Made by a program: the position numbers and the translations under genes
Assembly: GCF_964204645.1 (NCBI RefSeq)
Contig: NC_134034.1
Coordinates: 6,298,914-6,362,913, forward strand
DNA length: 64,000 nt
Source of the DNA: Tubulanus polymorphus
Taxonomy: Eukaryota > Animalia > Nemertea
Direction of reading: 5' to 3'
The notes under the pieces: generated by a model
What the model saw: the letters and a program-made list of their open reading frames with translations, nothing else
Databases searched by the model: none
What the model was told of the DNA's origin: nothing
In this document: piece by piece, positions 1-14,715 of the stretch
Numbering within the stretch: the stretch's first letter is position 1
Layout of the letters: the number at the start of each line of letters is the position of its first letter

Positions 1-577
1 TTTTTATCGCCCGCGATAATTCATTATTTTGGTTTTATCGCCCGAGACAATTCATAGTTTGGTTTTATCGCCCGCGACAATTCATTAGTTTGGTTTTGTC
101 GCCCGCGACAATTCAATATTTTGGTTTTATCGCCCGTGACAATTCATAGTTTGGTTTTATCGCCGCCGACAATTCATTAGTTTGGTTTTGTCGCCTGTGA
201 CAATTCAATATTTTGGTTTTATCACCCGCGACAATTCATTAGTTTGGTTTTATCGCCCGCGACAAATCATTACTTTGGTCTTATCTCCAGCGACAATTCA
301 TTATTTTGGTTTTATCGCCCCGACAATTCTTTTTTTGGTTTTGTCGCCCGCGAGAATTCATTATTTTGGTTTTATATTTTGTTTTTGTCGCCCGCGACAA
401 TTTTTTTTTGGTTTTGTCGCCCGCGACAATTCATTATTTTGGTTTTATCGCCCGCGACAATTCAATATTTTGGTTTTATCGCCCGCGATAATTCATTATT
501 TTGGTTTTTTTGCCCGCGACAATTCATTATTTTGGTTTTGTCGCACGAGACAATCCATTATTTTGGTTTTATCGCCC
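1..577 (+). repeat. 31-bp satellite array (consensus GACAATTCATTATTTTGGTTTTGTCGCCCGC)
   Basis: Direct tandem repeats; the array runs off the window start. Confidence 0.97.
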
Positions 578-1733
578 GAAGAAAATTATGAAGACGCTTT
601 GATCAATTACCTTGATCTTACGTTTATATTTGAATCTACCAAAGGCGCATCAGCATAAGAAAATTGGGTCGATCTGACTCAAGATGGCCGTCCTATGACC
701 TTTTTAGTGCCCAAAAATGTCAATTTTGGCCAGAATTCTAGGTCCTGTAGCTTCCTACTGGTTTGCCATTTCTCATTGCAATTGCTGATGGATATTCTTT
801 AGCGAGGGATATTTTATACCTGGGACAGGTATTTTTGATCAGCCAATTATGACGCAATTGGCGGCCATCTTGGTGTCATCAGTACTCATTCGTAGGTGGG
901 AAAAAGTTTTTCCACAATTAATTGATACCTAAGCATATTGTGTTACTATATTCAATTGGAAAGTTGTAGCCCATAACGTGTTCTATGATTTTGGTGACTT
1001 TCAAGGTCATTGGTTTTTGTATGTGGCCATCAGGGGGCGTTGAATAATACAATAACTTAGTATTGCTATATTATATTTGTACCAAGGCAAATTTTGTTAC
1101 CATGATCAATGGCAAAGTTGTAGTTCATGACATCGTCTATGATTGTGGTGAGTTTTTAAGGACATTAGTTATTCTATATAGTCACCAGGGGGCGTTGAAT
1201 AGTAGAAAAGCTTAGTTTTTCCTTATTAGATTGGTACCTAGGCATAGTTTGTTACCATGATCCATTGCAAAGTTGTAGTTCATGACATCGTCTATGATTG
1301 TGGTGAGTTTTTAAGGACATTAGTTATTCCATATAGTCACCAGGGGGCGCTGAATAGTAGAATGGCTTAGTATTTCCTTATTAGATTGGTACCTAGGCAT
1401 ATTTTGTTACCATGAGCAATTGCAAAGTTGTATTTCATGACATGTACTACGATTGAGGTGAGTTTTAAGGTCATTGGGTTTTGCATATGGTCACCAGGGG
1501 GCATTGAATAGTAGAATAACTTAGTATTTCCGTATTAAATTGGTAACGAGGCATATTTTGTTATCACAATCAATTACAAAATCATAGCTGCTCACATGTT
1601 CTATGATTGTGGTGGGTTTCAAAGTCATTGGTTTTTGTATATGGTCACTAGAGGGCGTTATGTATTGAAATTGTTAGATTGTTGAGCATTTGAAACCACT
1701 GCCCAAGTGAGCATGGTGTCCCTGGACCCCTAG
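578..1733 (+). mobile_element. HINE/DINE-1-like element family A, 5'-truncated, with ~155-bp central tandem repeats
   Basis: Ends CCCAAGTGAGCATGGTGTCCCTGGACCCCTAG-TT. CAGGGGGCG-like motif recurs at ~1031, 1186, 1341, 1495 and 1651. Confidence 0.75.
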
Positions 1734-3633
1734 TTTGGTTTTGTCGCCCGCGACAATTCATTATTTTGGTTTTATCGCCCGCGACAATTCATTATTTTGG
1801 TTTTACCGCCCGCGACAATTCGTTATTTTGGTTTTGTCGCCCGACAATTCTTTTTTTTGGTTTTGTCGACCGCGACAATTCATTAGTTTGGTTTTGTCGC
1901 CCACGACAATTCAATATTTTGGTTTTGTCGCCCGCGACAATTCAATATTTTGGTTTTATCGCCCACGACAATTCATTACTTTGGTTTTATCTGCAGCGAC
2001 AATTCATTATTTTGGTTTTGTCGCCCGCGACAATTCTTCTTTTTGGTTTTGTCGCCCACGACAATTCATTATTTTGGTTTTGTCGCCCACGACAATTCAC
2101 CATTTTGGTTTTGTTTTGTCACCCGCGACAATTCGTTATTTTGGTTTCATCGTCCGCGACAATTCATTATTTTGGTTTTGTCGCCCCGACAATTCTTTTT
2201 TTGGTTTTGTCGCCCGTGACAATTCATTTGTTTGGTTTTGTCGCCCGCGACAATTCATTATTTTGGTTTTGTCGCACGCAACAATTCAATAGTTTGTTTT
2301 TGTCGTCGGCGACAATTCATTATTTTGGTATTATCGCCCGCAACAATTCAATATTTTGGTTTTAACGCCCGCGACAATTCATTCTTGTGGTTTCATCGCC
2401 CGCGACAATTCATTATTTTGGTTTTATCTCCCGCGACAATTCATTATTTTGGTTTTATCGCCCGCGACAATTCATTATTTTGGTTTTGTCGCACGCAACA
2501 ATTCAATAGTTTGTTTTTGTCGTCCGTGACAATTCATTATTTTGGTATTATCGCCCGCAACAATTCAATATTTTGGTTTTAACGCCCGCGACAATTCATT
2601 CTTGTGGTTTCATCGCCCGCGACAATTCATTATTTTGGTTTTATCCCCCGCGACAATTCATTATTTTGGTTTTATCGCCCGCGACAATTCATTATTTTGG
2701 TTTTACCGCCCGCGACAATTCGTTATTTTGGTTTTGTCGCCCGACAATTCTTTTTTTGGTTTTGTCGACCGCGACAATTCACTAGTTTGGTTTTGTCGCC
2801 CGCGACAATTCAATATTTTGGTTTTGTCGCCCGCGACAATTCAATATTTTGGTTTTATCGCCCACGACAATTCATTACTTTGGTTTTATCTGCAGCGACA
2901 ATTCATTATTTTGGTTTTGTCGCCCGCGACAATTCTTCTTTTTGGTTTTGTCGCCCACGACAATTCATTATTTTGGTTTTGTCGCCCACGACAATTCACC
3001 ATTTTGGTTTTGTCGCCCGCGACAATTCACCATTATGGTTTTGTCACCCGCGACAATTCATTATTTTGGTTTTATCGTCCGCGACAATTCATTATTTTGG
3101 TTTTGTCGCACGCAACAATTCAATAGTTTGCTTTTGTCGTCGGCGACAATTCATTATTTTGGTATTATCGCCCGCAACAATTCAATATTTTGGTTTTAAC
3201 GCCCGCGACAATTCATTCTTGTGGTTTCATCGCCCGCGACAATTCATTATTTTGGTTTTATCGCCCGCGACAATTCATTATTTTGGTTTTATCGCTCGCG
3301 ACAATTCATTATTTTGGTTTTGTCGCCCGCGACAATTCATTAGTTTGGTTTTATCGCCCGCGACAATTCATTACTTTGGTTTTATCTCCAGCGACAATTC
3401 ATTATTTTGGTTTTGTCGCCCGCGACAATTCTTCTTTTTGGTTTTGTCGCCCGTGACAATTCATTATTTTGGTTTTATATTTTGTTTTAGTCGCCCGCGA
3501 CAATTTTTTTTTGGTTTTGTCGCGCGCGACAATTCAATATTTTGGTTTTATCGCCCGCGACAATTCATTAGTTCGGTTTTATTGCCCGCGACAATTCATT
3601 AGTTTGGTTTTGTCGCCCGCGACAATTCTTTTT
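1734..3633 (+). repeat. 31-bp satellite array
   Basis: About 60 tandem units, with internally duplicated blocks of variant units. Confidence 0.97.
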
Positions 3634-5011
3634 CAGTCCACTTGGGACTTTAGTCCCAGCGGGCTATTGCGTTCACTTTTCGTCCGTCCGTCCGTCCATA
3701 GACGGAATCCAGTTATTTTGGGAAGTTTTGAAGACGCTTCAAGGTAATGTCTTGATATTTGGTTTATACATGTATCTACCCTAGACACATCGTCAGCCCA
3801 AAAACTGGCCCTGTCAGATTCAAGATGGCCGAGTGGCAGCCATTGTTTTTTGCCAAAATCAGCACTTTTTAAACATTTTCGAAGTTTTCGTGATCTTTCG
3901 TTTATATTTGAATCTACCAAAGGCCCATCAGCATAAGAAAATTGGGTCGATCTGACTCACGGTGGCCGTCCTATGACCTTTTTAGTGCCCAAAAATGTCA
4001 ATTTTGGCCAGAATTCTAGGTTCTGTAGCTTCCTACTGGTTTGCCATTTCTCATTGCAATTGCTGATGGGTATTCTTTAGAGAGGGATGTTTTATACCCG
4101 GGACAGGTATTTTTGATCAGCCAATTATGACGCAATTGGCGGCCATCTTGGTTTCTTCAGTACACATTCGTAGGTGGGAAAAAGTTTTTCCACAATTAAT
4201 TGATACCTAAGCATATTGTGTTTTTATATTCAATTGGAAAGTTGTAGCCCATAACGCGTTCTATGATTTTGGTGAGTTTCAAGGTCATTGGTTTTTGTAT
4301 GTGGCCATCAGGGGGCGTTGAATAATACAATAACTTAGTATCGCTATACTATATTTGTACCAAGGCATATTTTGTTACCATGATCAATGGCAAAGTTGTA
4401 GTTCGTGACATCGTCTATGATTGTGGTGAGTTTTTAAGGACATTAGTTATTCCATCTAGTCACCAGGGGGCGTTGAATAGTAGAAAAGCTTAGTTTTTCC
4501 TTATTAGATTGGTACCTAGGCATAGTTTGTTACCATGATCCATTGCAAAGTTGTAGTTCATGACATCGTCTATGATTGTGGTGAGTTTTTAAGGACATTA
4601 GTTATTCCATATAGTCACCAGGGGGCGCTGAATAGTAGAATGGCTTAGTATTTCCTTATTAGATTGGTACCTAGGCATATTTTGTTACTATGATCAATTG
4701 CAAAGTTGTATTTCATGACATGTACTACGATTGCGGTGAGTTTTAAGGTCATTGGGTTTTGCATATGGTCACCAGGGGGCGTTGAATAGTAGAATGACTT
4801 AGTATTTCCATATTAAATTGGTAACGAGGCATATTTTGTTATCACAATCAATTACAAAATCATAGCTGCTCACATGTTCTATGATTGTGGTGGGTTTCAA
4901 GGTCATTGGTTTTTGTATATGGTGACTAGAGGGCGTTATGTATTGAAATTGTTAGATTGTTGAGCATTTGAAACCACTGCCCAAGTGAGCATGGTGTCCC
5001 TGGACCCCTAG
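3634..5011 (+). mobile_element. HINE/DINE-1-like element family A (near full length, small internal deletion)
   Basis: 5' CAGTCCACTTGGGACTTTAGTCCC (subTIR CACTTGGG plus palindrome), (GTCC)n microsatellite at ~3682-3697, ~155-bp central repeats, 3' subTIR CCCAAGTG plus stem-loop. Inserted in a T-run of a satellite unit with no TSD. Confidence 0.8.
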
Positions 5012-5320
5012 TTTGGTTTTGTCGTCCGCGACAATTCATTATTTTGGTTTTGTCGCACGCAACAATTCAATAGTTTGTTTTTGTCGTCCGCGACAATTCA
5101 TTATTTTGGTTTTATCGCCCGCAACGATTCAATATTTTGGTTTTAACGCCGGCGACAATTCATTATTGTGGTTTTATCGCCCGCGACAATTCATTATTTT
5201 GGTTTTATCGCCCGCGACAATTCATTATTTTTGTTTTGTCGCCCGTGACAATTCAATATTTTGGTTTTGTCACCCGCGACAATTCATAATTTTGGTTTTG
5301 TCGCCCGTGGTTTTGTCGGA
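5012..5320 (+). repeat. 31-bp satellite array
   Basis: About 10 units. Confidence 0.95.
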
Positions 5321-6789
5321 ACATTAAGTTTTTGGTCGAACAGTGTGTTAAGGTTGTTTTGGAAATTTACTCGGTCTGGTATATTTTGGATTACTGTGTA
5401 TGTCATTTGTCAGGGCATTAAACAGAAGACGACTTAGGATACTACCTTGCGTGACTCCACTAGTTAGACCGTGTCATTCCAAGATGAGGCGTTCCATTGA
5501 TTTCGGTTACAAGTTTCCGTTCAGAGATAACTGCTGTGCCATTTGGGCGACCTATCATTGATACTGTTTCCTAATAGCCTGTTCAGTAATGGCTGATGTT
5601 GAGCCTTACCAAATGCTTTGTTGAAATCCACCGTTGAACAGGATTCTAAGACTGTGCAGAAAACCCGTTATCGCTGCTTTGCAGCTATATTTATTAGGGT
5701 TTTCTGTTATTTCACAGAAAACCCTATTGATATCCGCGTGATTATTATTATTAATATTTTCTTCCACACTATTTTTACCAAAAGAACATAGGCTTTGTTA
5801 CCTTACCGCTGTTTCATATACAATCCATATAATATCGTTCAGCTCACTGAGATCTACAAATAGCCCGCGTGTTTTTTCACAAAACATCGTTACAAAAGCG
5901 CTGTCGGGCTGTAAACATCGAAAATTTAGCCCCATTCAATGGGGCGACATGTTTTTCGAGTCGTCATCCCGAAATCAACCCGCAGGCCGACTGTCACTTC
6001 GATTATCAATTCAAGTATAAATGAACTAATTTATTGCCGCAGACTTCACATTCAGTCGCGGTCTTCAAACAGTGATTTTAACAATAGCCCATTTTCCTCA
6101 TCAAATCATATTACCGATACACTGGAAATTTACTACTTTAGATTTTAAAAGCACTGTCGAGCCGTAAACATCGACGAATCGACGTGTGTTACTACATCGA
6201 CGTTCCGGGGATGAGCTGCGAGTTTCTCCTCATCATGAGAATCAAATCGAGTACAAATTAATTTATTACTACCAGTGATTTGGCTGCGGGTTTCAAGGAG
6301 TTAGTTTAACAATACCTATTTTTCTTTACCGAATTAACCGTGTATTTACAAAGATAAATCTTTAGTGTACCGGGGAATCGTAGGCCTAAACTAAACAGGC
6401 CGAAGAGATATGGCGGAGAAAAGCTGTTATGTCGACGAGGTATCAAAATAAAAGAATATATTACTTTATTCGGCCGCGGGCTTCAACCATTTATCAATAC
6501 TCTATATTTCCTACAGTACATACCGATCATTGTCAAATGCACAAGGTATTTACTAAATACAAGTATATACACACTCCTATCCGTATGCTGGACTCACACT
6601 TGACATTCGGAGTAAGCGTTCGCTGTGGGGGAAAGGGATCGTTCGCTGTGTCGCTTGAAGTGTTTATCGAGTTTTACGCGACCTTAAGGCTTTAGTATGG
6701 TGGCTGATAAGATAAAAGAACACGAATATGCAAATTAGGGCGACATGACGACAAAACGACAAAACTAAAATAACGCGAGAAAACAATGA

Positions 6790-7596
6790 TTTTGTCGCCC
6801 GCGACAATTCATTATTTTGGTTTTGTCACACGCGACAATTCAATATTTTGGTTTTATCGCCCGCGACAATTCATTATTTTGGTTTTATCGCTTGCGACAA
6901 TTCATTATTTTGGTTTTGTCGCCCGCGAAAATTCAATATTTTGGTTTTATCGCCCACGACAATTCACTACTTTGGTTTTATCGGCAGCGACAATTCATTA
7001 TTTTGGTTTTGTGGCCCGCGACAATTCACCATTTTGGTTGTGTCGCCCGAGACAATTCATTATTTTGGTTTTATCGCCAGCGACAATTCATTATTTTGGT
7101 TTTATCGCCCGCGACAATTCATTATTTTGGTTTTGTCGCCCGCAACAATTCATTAGTTTGGTTTTGTCGCCTGGACAATTCACCATTTTGGTTTTGTCGC
7201 CCGCGACAATTCATTATTTTGGTTTTGTCGCCCCCACAATTCTTTTTTTGGTTTTTTCGCCCGCGACAATTCATTAGTTTGGTTTTGTCGCCCGCGACAA
7301 TTCAATATTTTGGTTTTATCACCCACGACCCATTACACCCACGACCCATTACTTTGGTTTTATCTCCAGCGACAATTCATTATTTTGGTTTTGTCGCCCG
7401 CGACAATTCTTCTTTTGGTTTTGACGCCCACGACAATTCATTATTTTGGTTTTATATTTTGTTTTTGTCGCCCGCGACAATTTTTTTTTTGGTTTTGTCG
7501 CCCGCGACAATTCATTATTTTGGTTTTATCGCCCGCGACAATTCAATATTTTGGTTTTATCGCCCGCGACAATTCATTATTTTGGTTTTGTCGGCC
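6790..7596 (+). repeat. 31-bp satellite array
   Basis: About 26 units. Confidence 0.95.
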
Positions 7597-8751
7597 GAAG
7601 AAAATTTTGAAGACGCTTTGATCAATTACCTTGATCTTTCATTTATATTTGAATCTACCAAAGGCCCATCAGCATAAGAAAATTGGGTCGATCTGACTCA
7701 AGATGGCCGTCCTATGACCTTTTTAGTGCCCAAAAATGTCAATTTTGGCCAGAATTCTAGGTCCTGTAGCTTCCTACTGGTTTGCCATTTCTCATTGCAA
7801 TTGCTGATGGATATTCTTTAGAGAGGAATGTTTTATACCTGGGATAGGTATTTTTGATCGGCCAATTATGACGCAATTGGCGGCCATCTTGGTGTCATCA
7901 GTACTCATTCGTAGGTGGGAAAAAGTTTTTCCACAATTAATTGATACCTTAGCATATTGTGTTACTATATTCAATTGGAAAGTTGTAGCCCATAACGTGT
8001 TCTATGATTTTTGTGAGTTTCAAGGTCATTGGTTTTTGTATGTGGCCATCAGGGGGCGTTGAATAATACAATAACTTAGTATCGCTATATTATATTTGTG
8101 CCAAGGCATATTTTGTTACCATGATCAATGGCAAAGTTGTAGTTCGTGACATCGTCTATGATTGTGGTGAGTTTTTAAGGATATTAGTTATTCCATATAG
8201 TCACCAGGGGCGTTGAATAGTAGAAAAACTTAGTTTTTCCTTACTAGATTGGTACCTAGGCATAGTTTGTTACCATGATCCATTGCAAAGTTGTAGTTCA
8301 TGACATCGTCTATGATTGTGGTGAGTTTTTACGGACATTAGTTATTCCATATAGTCACCAGGGGGCGCTGAATAGTAGAATGGCTTAGTATTCCCTTATT
8401 AGATTGGTACCTAGGCATATTTTGTTACTATGATCAATTGCAAAGTTGTATTTCATGACATGTACTACGATTGCGGTGAGTTTTAAGGTCATTGGGTTTT
8501 GCATATGGTCACCAGGGGGCGTTGAATAGTAGAATAACTTAGTATTTCCATATTAAATTGGTAACGAGGCTTATTTTGTTATCACAATCAATTACAAAAT
8601 CATAGCTGCTCACATGTTCTATGATTGTGGTGGGTTTCAAGGTCATGGGATTTTGTATATGGTCACTAGAGGGCGTTATGTATTGAAATTGTTAGATTGT
8701 TGAGCATTTGAAACCACTGCCCAAGTGAGCATGGTGTCCCTGGACCCCTAG
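7597..8751 (+). mobile_element. HINE family A, 5'-truncated at the same point as the copy at 578
   Basis: Same junction (CGAAGAAAATT.TGAAGACGCTTTG) and same 3' end as the 578 copy. Confidence 0.75.
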
Positions 8752-9060
8752 TTTGGTTTTGTCGTCCGCGACAATTCATTATTTTGGTTTTGTCGCACGC
8801 AACAATTCAATAGTTTGTTTTTGTCGTCCGCGACAATTCATTATTTTGGTTTTATCACCCGCAACAATTCAATATTTTGGTTTTAACGCCCGCGACAATT
8901 CATTATTGTGGTTTTATCGACCGCGACAACTCATTATTTTGGTTTTATCGCCCGCGACAATTCATTATTTTTGTTTTGTCGCCCGTGACAATTCAATATT
9001 TTGGTTTTGTCACCCGCGACAATTCATAATTTTGGTTTTGTCGCCCGTGGTTTTGTCGGA
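8752..9060 (+). repeat. 31-bp satellite array
   Basis: Near-identical to 5012-5320. Confidence 0.95.
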
Positions 9061-10769
9061 ACATTAAGTTTTTGGTCGAACAGTGTGTTAAGGTCGTTTT
9101 GGAAATTTACTCGGTCTGGTATATTTTGGATTACTGTGTATGTCATTTGTAAGGACATTAAACAGACGACGACTTAGGATACTACCTTGCGTGACTCCAC
9201 TAGTTAGACCGTCTCATTCCAAGATGAGGCGTTCCGTTGATTTCGGTTACAAGTTTCCGTTCAGAGATAACTGCTGTGCCATTTGGGCGACCTATCATTG
9301 ATACTGTTTCCTAATAGCCTGTTCAGTAATTGCTGATGTTGAGCCTTATCAAATGCTTTGTTGAAATCCACCGTTGAACAGGATTCTAAGACTGTGCAGA
9401 AAACCCGTTATCGCTGCTTTGCAGCTATATTTATTATTATTTTCTTCCACACTATTTTTACCAAAAGAACATAGGCTTTGTTACCTTACCGCTGTTTCAT
9501 ATACAATCCATATAATATCGTTCAGCTCACTGAGATCTACAAATAGCCCGCGTGTTTTTTCACGAATCATCGTTACAAAAGCGCTGTCGGGCCGTAAACA
9601 TCGAAAATTTAGCCCCATTCAATGGGGCGACATGTTTTTCGAGTCGTCATCCCGAAATCAACCCGCAGGCCGACTGTCACTTCGATTATCAATTCAAGTA
9701 TAAATGAACTAATTTATTGCCGCATACTTCAAATTCAGTCGCGGTCTTCAAACAGTGATTTTAACAATAGCCCATTTTCCTCATCAAATCATATTACCGA
9801 TACACTGGAAATTTACTACTTTAGATTTTAAAAGCACTGTCGAGCCGTAAACATCGACGAATCGACGTGTGTTACTACATCGTCGTTCCGGGGATCAGCT
9901 GCGAGTTTCTCCTCATCATGAGAATCAAATCGAGTACAAATTAATTTATTACTACCAGTGATTTGGATTCGGGTTTCAAGGAGTTAGTATAGCAATACCT
10001 ATTTTTCTTACCGAATTAACCGTGTATTTACTAAGATAAATCTTTAGTGTACCGGGGAATCGTAGGCCTAAGCTAAACACGCCGAAGAGATATATCGGAG
10101 AAAAGCTGTTATGTCGACGAGGTATCAAAATAAAAGAATATATTACTTTATTCGGCCGCGGGCTTCAACCTCTATATCAATACCATCAATACTCTATATT
10201 TCCTACAGTACATACCGATCATTGTCAAATGCACAAGGTATTTACTAAATACAAGTATATAACACACTCCTATCCGTATGCTGGACTCACACTTGACATT
10301 CGGAGTAAGCGTTCGCTGTGGGGGAAAGGGATCGTTCGCTGTGTCGCTTGAAGTGTTTATCGAGTTTGACGCGGCTTTAGGCCTACCGGTACTGAGCTTT
10401 ACTGTATCAAACAAACACAGTACAATTGTTGCGTTTATTAACGGACTCATTGGATTGAACTTCAAAACAAAATTTACGATATTTAGGTGGGTTGTTAAAT
10501 TCAATAGGCCTACGACCAATCTGTCCGGATGTTAGGCCTACGCATATACATAGGCCTACATAGGCTAGTAGCCTCTACTAGGTTAAGCGTTCGCTGTAGG
10601 GGAAAGGAGATCGTTCGCTGTGTCGCTTGAAGTGTTTATCGAGTTTTACGCGACCTTAAGGCTTTAGTATGGTGGCTGATAAGGGCCATGCGTAAAAAAA
10701 ACACGTATATGCAAATGAGGGCGACATTATGACAAAACGACAAAACTAAAATAACGCGACAAAACAATA

Positions 10770-11632
10770 ATTTTGGTTTTGTCGCCCGCGACAATTCATT
10801 ATTTCCGTTTTATCGCCCGCGACAACTCATTATTTTGATTTTATCGCCCGCGACAATTCATTAATTTGGTTTTGTCACCCGCGACAAATCAATATTTTGG
10901 TTTTGTCGTCCACGACAATTCAATATTTTGGTTTTATCGCCCGCGACAATTCATTATTTTGGTTTTATCGCCAGCGACAATTCATTATTTTGGTTTTGTC
11001 GCACGCGACAATTCATTATTTTGGTTTTATCACCCGCGACAATTTTTTTTTTGTCGCGGTTTTATCGCCCGCGACAATTCATTATTTTGGTTTTATCGCC
11101 CCCAACAATTCATTAGTTTGGTTTTGTCACCCGCGACAAATCAATATATTGGTTTTGTCGCCCACGACAATTCAATATTTTGGTTTTATCGCCCGCGACA
11201 ATTCATTATTTTGGTTTTATCGCCTGCGACAATTCATTGTTTTGGTTTTGTCGCACGCGACTTTTCATTTTTTTGGTTTTATCGCCCGCGACAATTTTTT
11301 TTTGTCCCGGTTTTATCGCCTGCGACACTTCAATATTTTGGTTTTATCACCTGCGACAATTCAATATTTTGGTTTTATCGCCAGCGACAATTCATTAGTT
11401 TGGTTTTGTCGCCCGCGACAATTCAATATTTTGGTTTTGTCCCACGCGACAATTCAATGTTTTTGGTTTTATCGCCTGCGACAATTCAATATTTTGGTTT
11501 TATCGCCAGCGACAATTCATTATTTTGGCTTTATCGCCAGCAACAATTCATTATTTTGGTTTTGTCGCCCGCGACAATCCTTCTTTTTAGTTTTGTCGCC
11601 CGCGACAATTCATTATTTTCGACAATTCATTA
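10770..11632 (+). repeat. 31-bp satellite array
   Basis: About 28 units. Confidence 0.95.
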
Positions 11633-12280
11633 TTAGGGTTTTCTGTTATTTCACAGAAAACCCTATTGATATCCGCGTGATTATTATTAGGGTTTTCCGT
11701 TACATCACAGAAAACCCTATTGAGATTCGCGTGTTTCTTATTATTATTATTATTATTATTTTTTTCCACACATTTTTTGTCAAAAGTACATAGGCTTTTT
11801 TACATTACCGCTGTTGCCGATACAATCCGTCTGATATCATTCAGCTCAGTTCGATCTACAAATACTCCGTGCGAATTTTGAAGAATCAACGTTACAAAAG
11901 CACTGTCGGGCCGTTAACTTCGAAAATTGAGCCCCATTCAAAGAGCCGACATGTTTTTCTAAGTCGTCTTTCCGAAATCTACCGCACGTTTCTTGTCACA
12001 TCGATTATCAATTCAAGCATAAATTAACAAATTTATTACCGAAAGATTGCACATTCTGTCGCGGTTTTTAAAAACTAATTTTAACAGTAACCCATTTTCC
12101 TCATCAAATTATATTACTGATACACAGGAAATTTACTACCTTAGATTTTAAAAGCACTGTCGAGCCGTAAACATCGACAAATCGACGTGTGTCACTGCAT
12201 CGTCGTTCCGGGAATCAGCTGCGAGTTTCTCTCATTCTGAGAATCAAATCGAGTACAAATTAATTTATTACTACCAGTGA

Positions 12281-14715
12281 TTTGGTTTTATCGCCTGCGA
12301 CACTTCAATATTTTGGTTTTATCACCTGCGACAATTCAATATTTTGGTTTTATCGCCAGCGACAATTCATTAGTTTGGTTTTGTCGCCGCGACAATTCAT
12401 TATTTTGGTTTTATCAACCGTGACAATTCAATATTTTGGTTTTATCGCCCGCGATAATTCATTATTTTGGTTTTATCGCCCACGACAATTCATTATTTTT
12501 GTTTTGTCACCCGAGACAATTCATTATTTTAGTTTTATCGCCCGCGACAATTCATTATTTTGGTTTTGTCGTCCGCGACAATCCTTCTTGTTAGTTTTGT
12601 CGCCCGCGACAATTCATTATTTTGGTTTTATATTTTGTTTTTGTCGCCCGCGACAATTCATTATTTTTGTTTTGTCGCCCGAGACAATTCAATATTTTGG
12701 TTTTATCGCCCGCGATAATTCATTATTTTGGTTTTGTCGCCCGCGATAATTCATTATTTTGGTTTTATCGCCCGCGACAATTCATTATTACGGTTTTATC
12801 GCCCGCGACAATTCATTATTTTGGTTTTATATTCTGTTTTTGTCGCCCGCGACAATTTTTTTTTTGGTTTTGTCGCCCGCGACAATTCAATATTTTGGTT
12901 TTATCGCCCACGATAATTCATTATTTTAGTTTTGTCGCCCCCGATAATTCATTATTTTGGTTTTATCGCCCGCGACAATTCATTATTACGGTTTTATCGC
13001 CCGCGACAATTCACCATTTTGGTTTTGTCGCCTGCGACAATTCATTATTTTGGTTTTATCGCCCGCGACAATTCATTATTTTGGTTTTGTCGCCCGCAAC
13101 AATTCATTAGTTTGGTTTTTGTCGCCCGCGACAATTCAATATTTTGGTTTTATCGCCCACGACAATTCGTTACTTTGGTTTTATCTCCAGCGACAATTCA
13201 TTATTTTGGTTTTGTCGCCCGCGACAATTCACCATTTTGGTTTTGTCGCCCGCGACAATTCATTAGTTTGGTTTTGTCACCCGCGACAATTCAACATTAA
13301 GTTTTTGTCGCCCGCGACAATTCAATACTTTGGTTTTATCGCCCGCGACAATTCATTACTTTGGTTTTATCTCCAGCAACAATTCATTATTTTGGTTTAA
13401 TCGCCCGCGACAATTCAATATTTTGGTTTTATCGCCTGCGATAATTCATTATTTTGGTTTTATCGCCCCTCGACAATTCATTATTTTGGTTGTGTCGCCC
13501 ACGACAATTCACCATTTTGGTTTTGTCCCCTGGACAATTCACCATTTTGGTTTTGTCGCCCGCGACAATTCATTATTTTGGTTTTGTCGCACCGACTTTT
13601 CTTTTTTTGGTTTTGTCGCCCGCGACAATTCAATATTTTGGTTTTATCGCCCGCGACAATTCATTACTTTGGTTTTATCTCCAGCAACAATTCATTATTT
13701 TGGTTTTGTCGCCCGCGACAATTCATTATTTTGGTTTTATATTTTGTTTTTGTCGCCCGCGACAATTCATTATTTTGGTTTTATTTTTTTTTTGTCGCCC
13801 GCGACAATTCAATATTTTGGTTTTGTCGCCCGCGATAATTCAATATTTTGGTTTTATCGCCCGCGATAATTTTGTCCCATGAGACAATTCATTATTTTGG
13901 TTTTATCGCCCGCAACAATTCATTATTTTGGTTTTGTCGCCCGCGACAATTCATTATTTTGGTTTCGTCACACGTGACAATTAAATATTATGTTTTTATC
14001 GCCCGAGACAATTCATTATTTTGGTTTTATCGCCCGCGACAATTCATAGTTTGTTTTTATCGCCCGCGACAATTCATTAGTTTGGTTTTGTCGCCCGCGA
14101 CAATTCAATATTTTGGTTTTATCACCAGCGACAATTCAATATTTTTGTTTTATCGCCCGCGACAATTCATAGTTTGGTTTTATCGCCCCCGACAATTCAT
14201 TAGTTTGGTTTTGTCGCCCGTGACAATTCAATATTTTGGTTTTGTCGCCCGCGATAATTCAATATTTTGGTTTTATCGCCCGCGATAATTTTGTCCCATG
14301 AGACAATTCATTATTTTGGTTTTATCGCCCGCAACAATTCATTATTTTGGTTTTGTCGCCCGTGACAATTCATTATTTTGGTTTCGTCACACGTGACAAT
14401 TAAATATTATGTTTTTATCGCCCGAGACAATTCATTATTTTGGTTTTATCGCCCGCGACAATTCATAGTTTGTTTTTATCGCCCGCGACAATTCATTAGT
14501 TTGGTTTTGTCGCCCGCGACAATTCAATATTTTGGTTTTATCACCAGCGACAATTGAATATTTTTGTTTTATCGCCCGCGACAATTCATAGTTTGGTTTT
14601 ATCGCCCCCGACAATTCATTAGTTTGGTTTTGTCGCCCGTGACAATTCAATATTTTGGTTTTATCACCCGCGACAATTCATTAGTTTGGTTTTGTCGCCT
14701 GCGACAATTCTTTTT
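12281..14715 (+). repeat. 31-bp satellite array with a ~420-bp higher-order duplication
   Basis: About 78 units. The diagnostic variant TTTTGTCCCATGAGAC occurs at ~13870 and ~14290. Confidence 0.97.
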
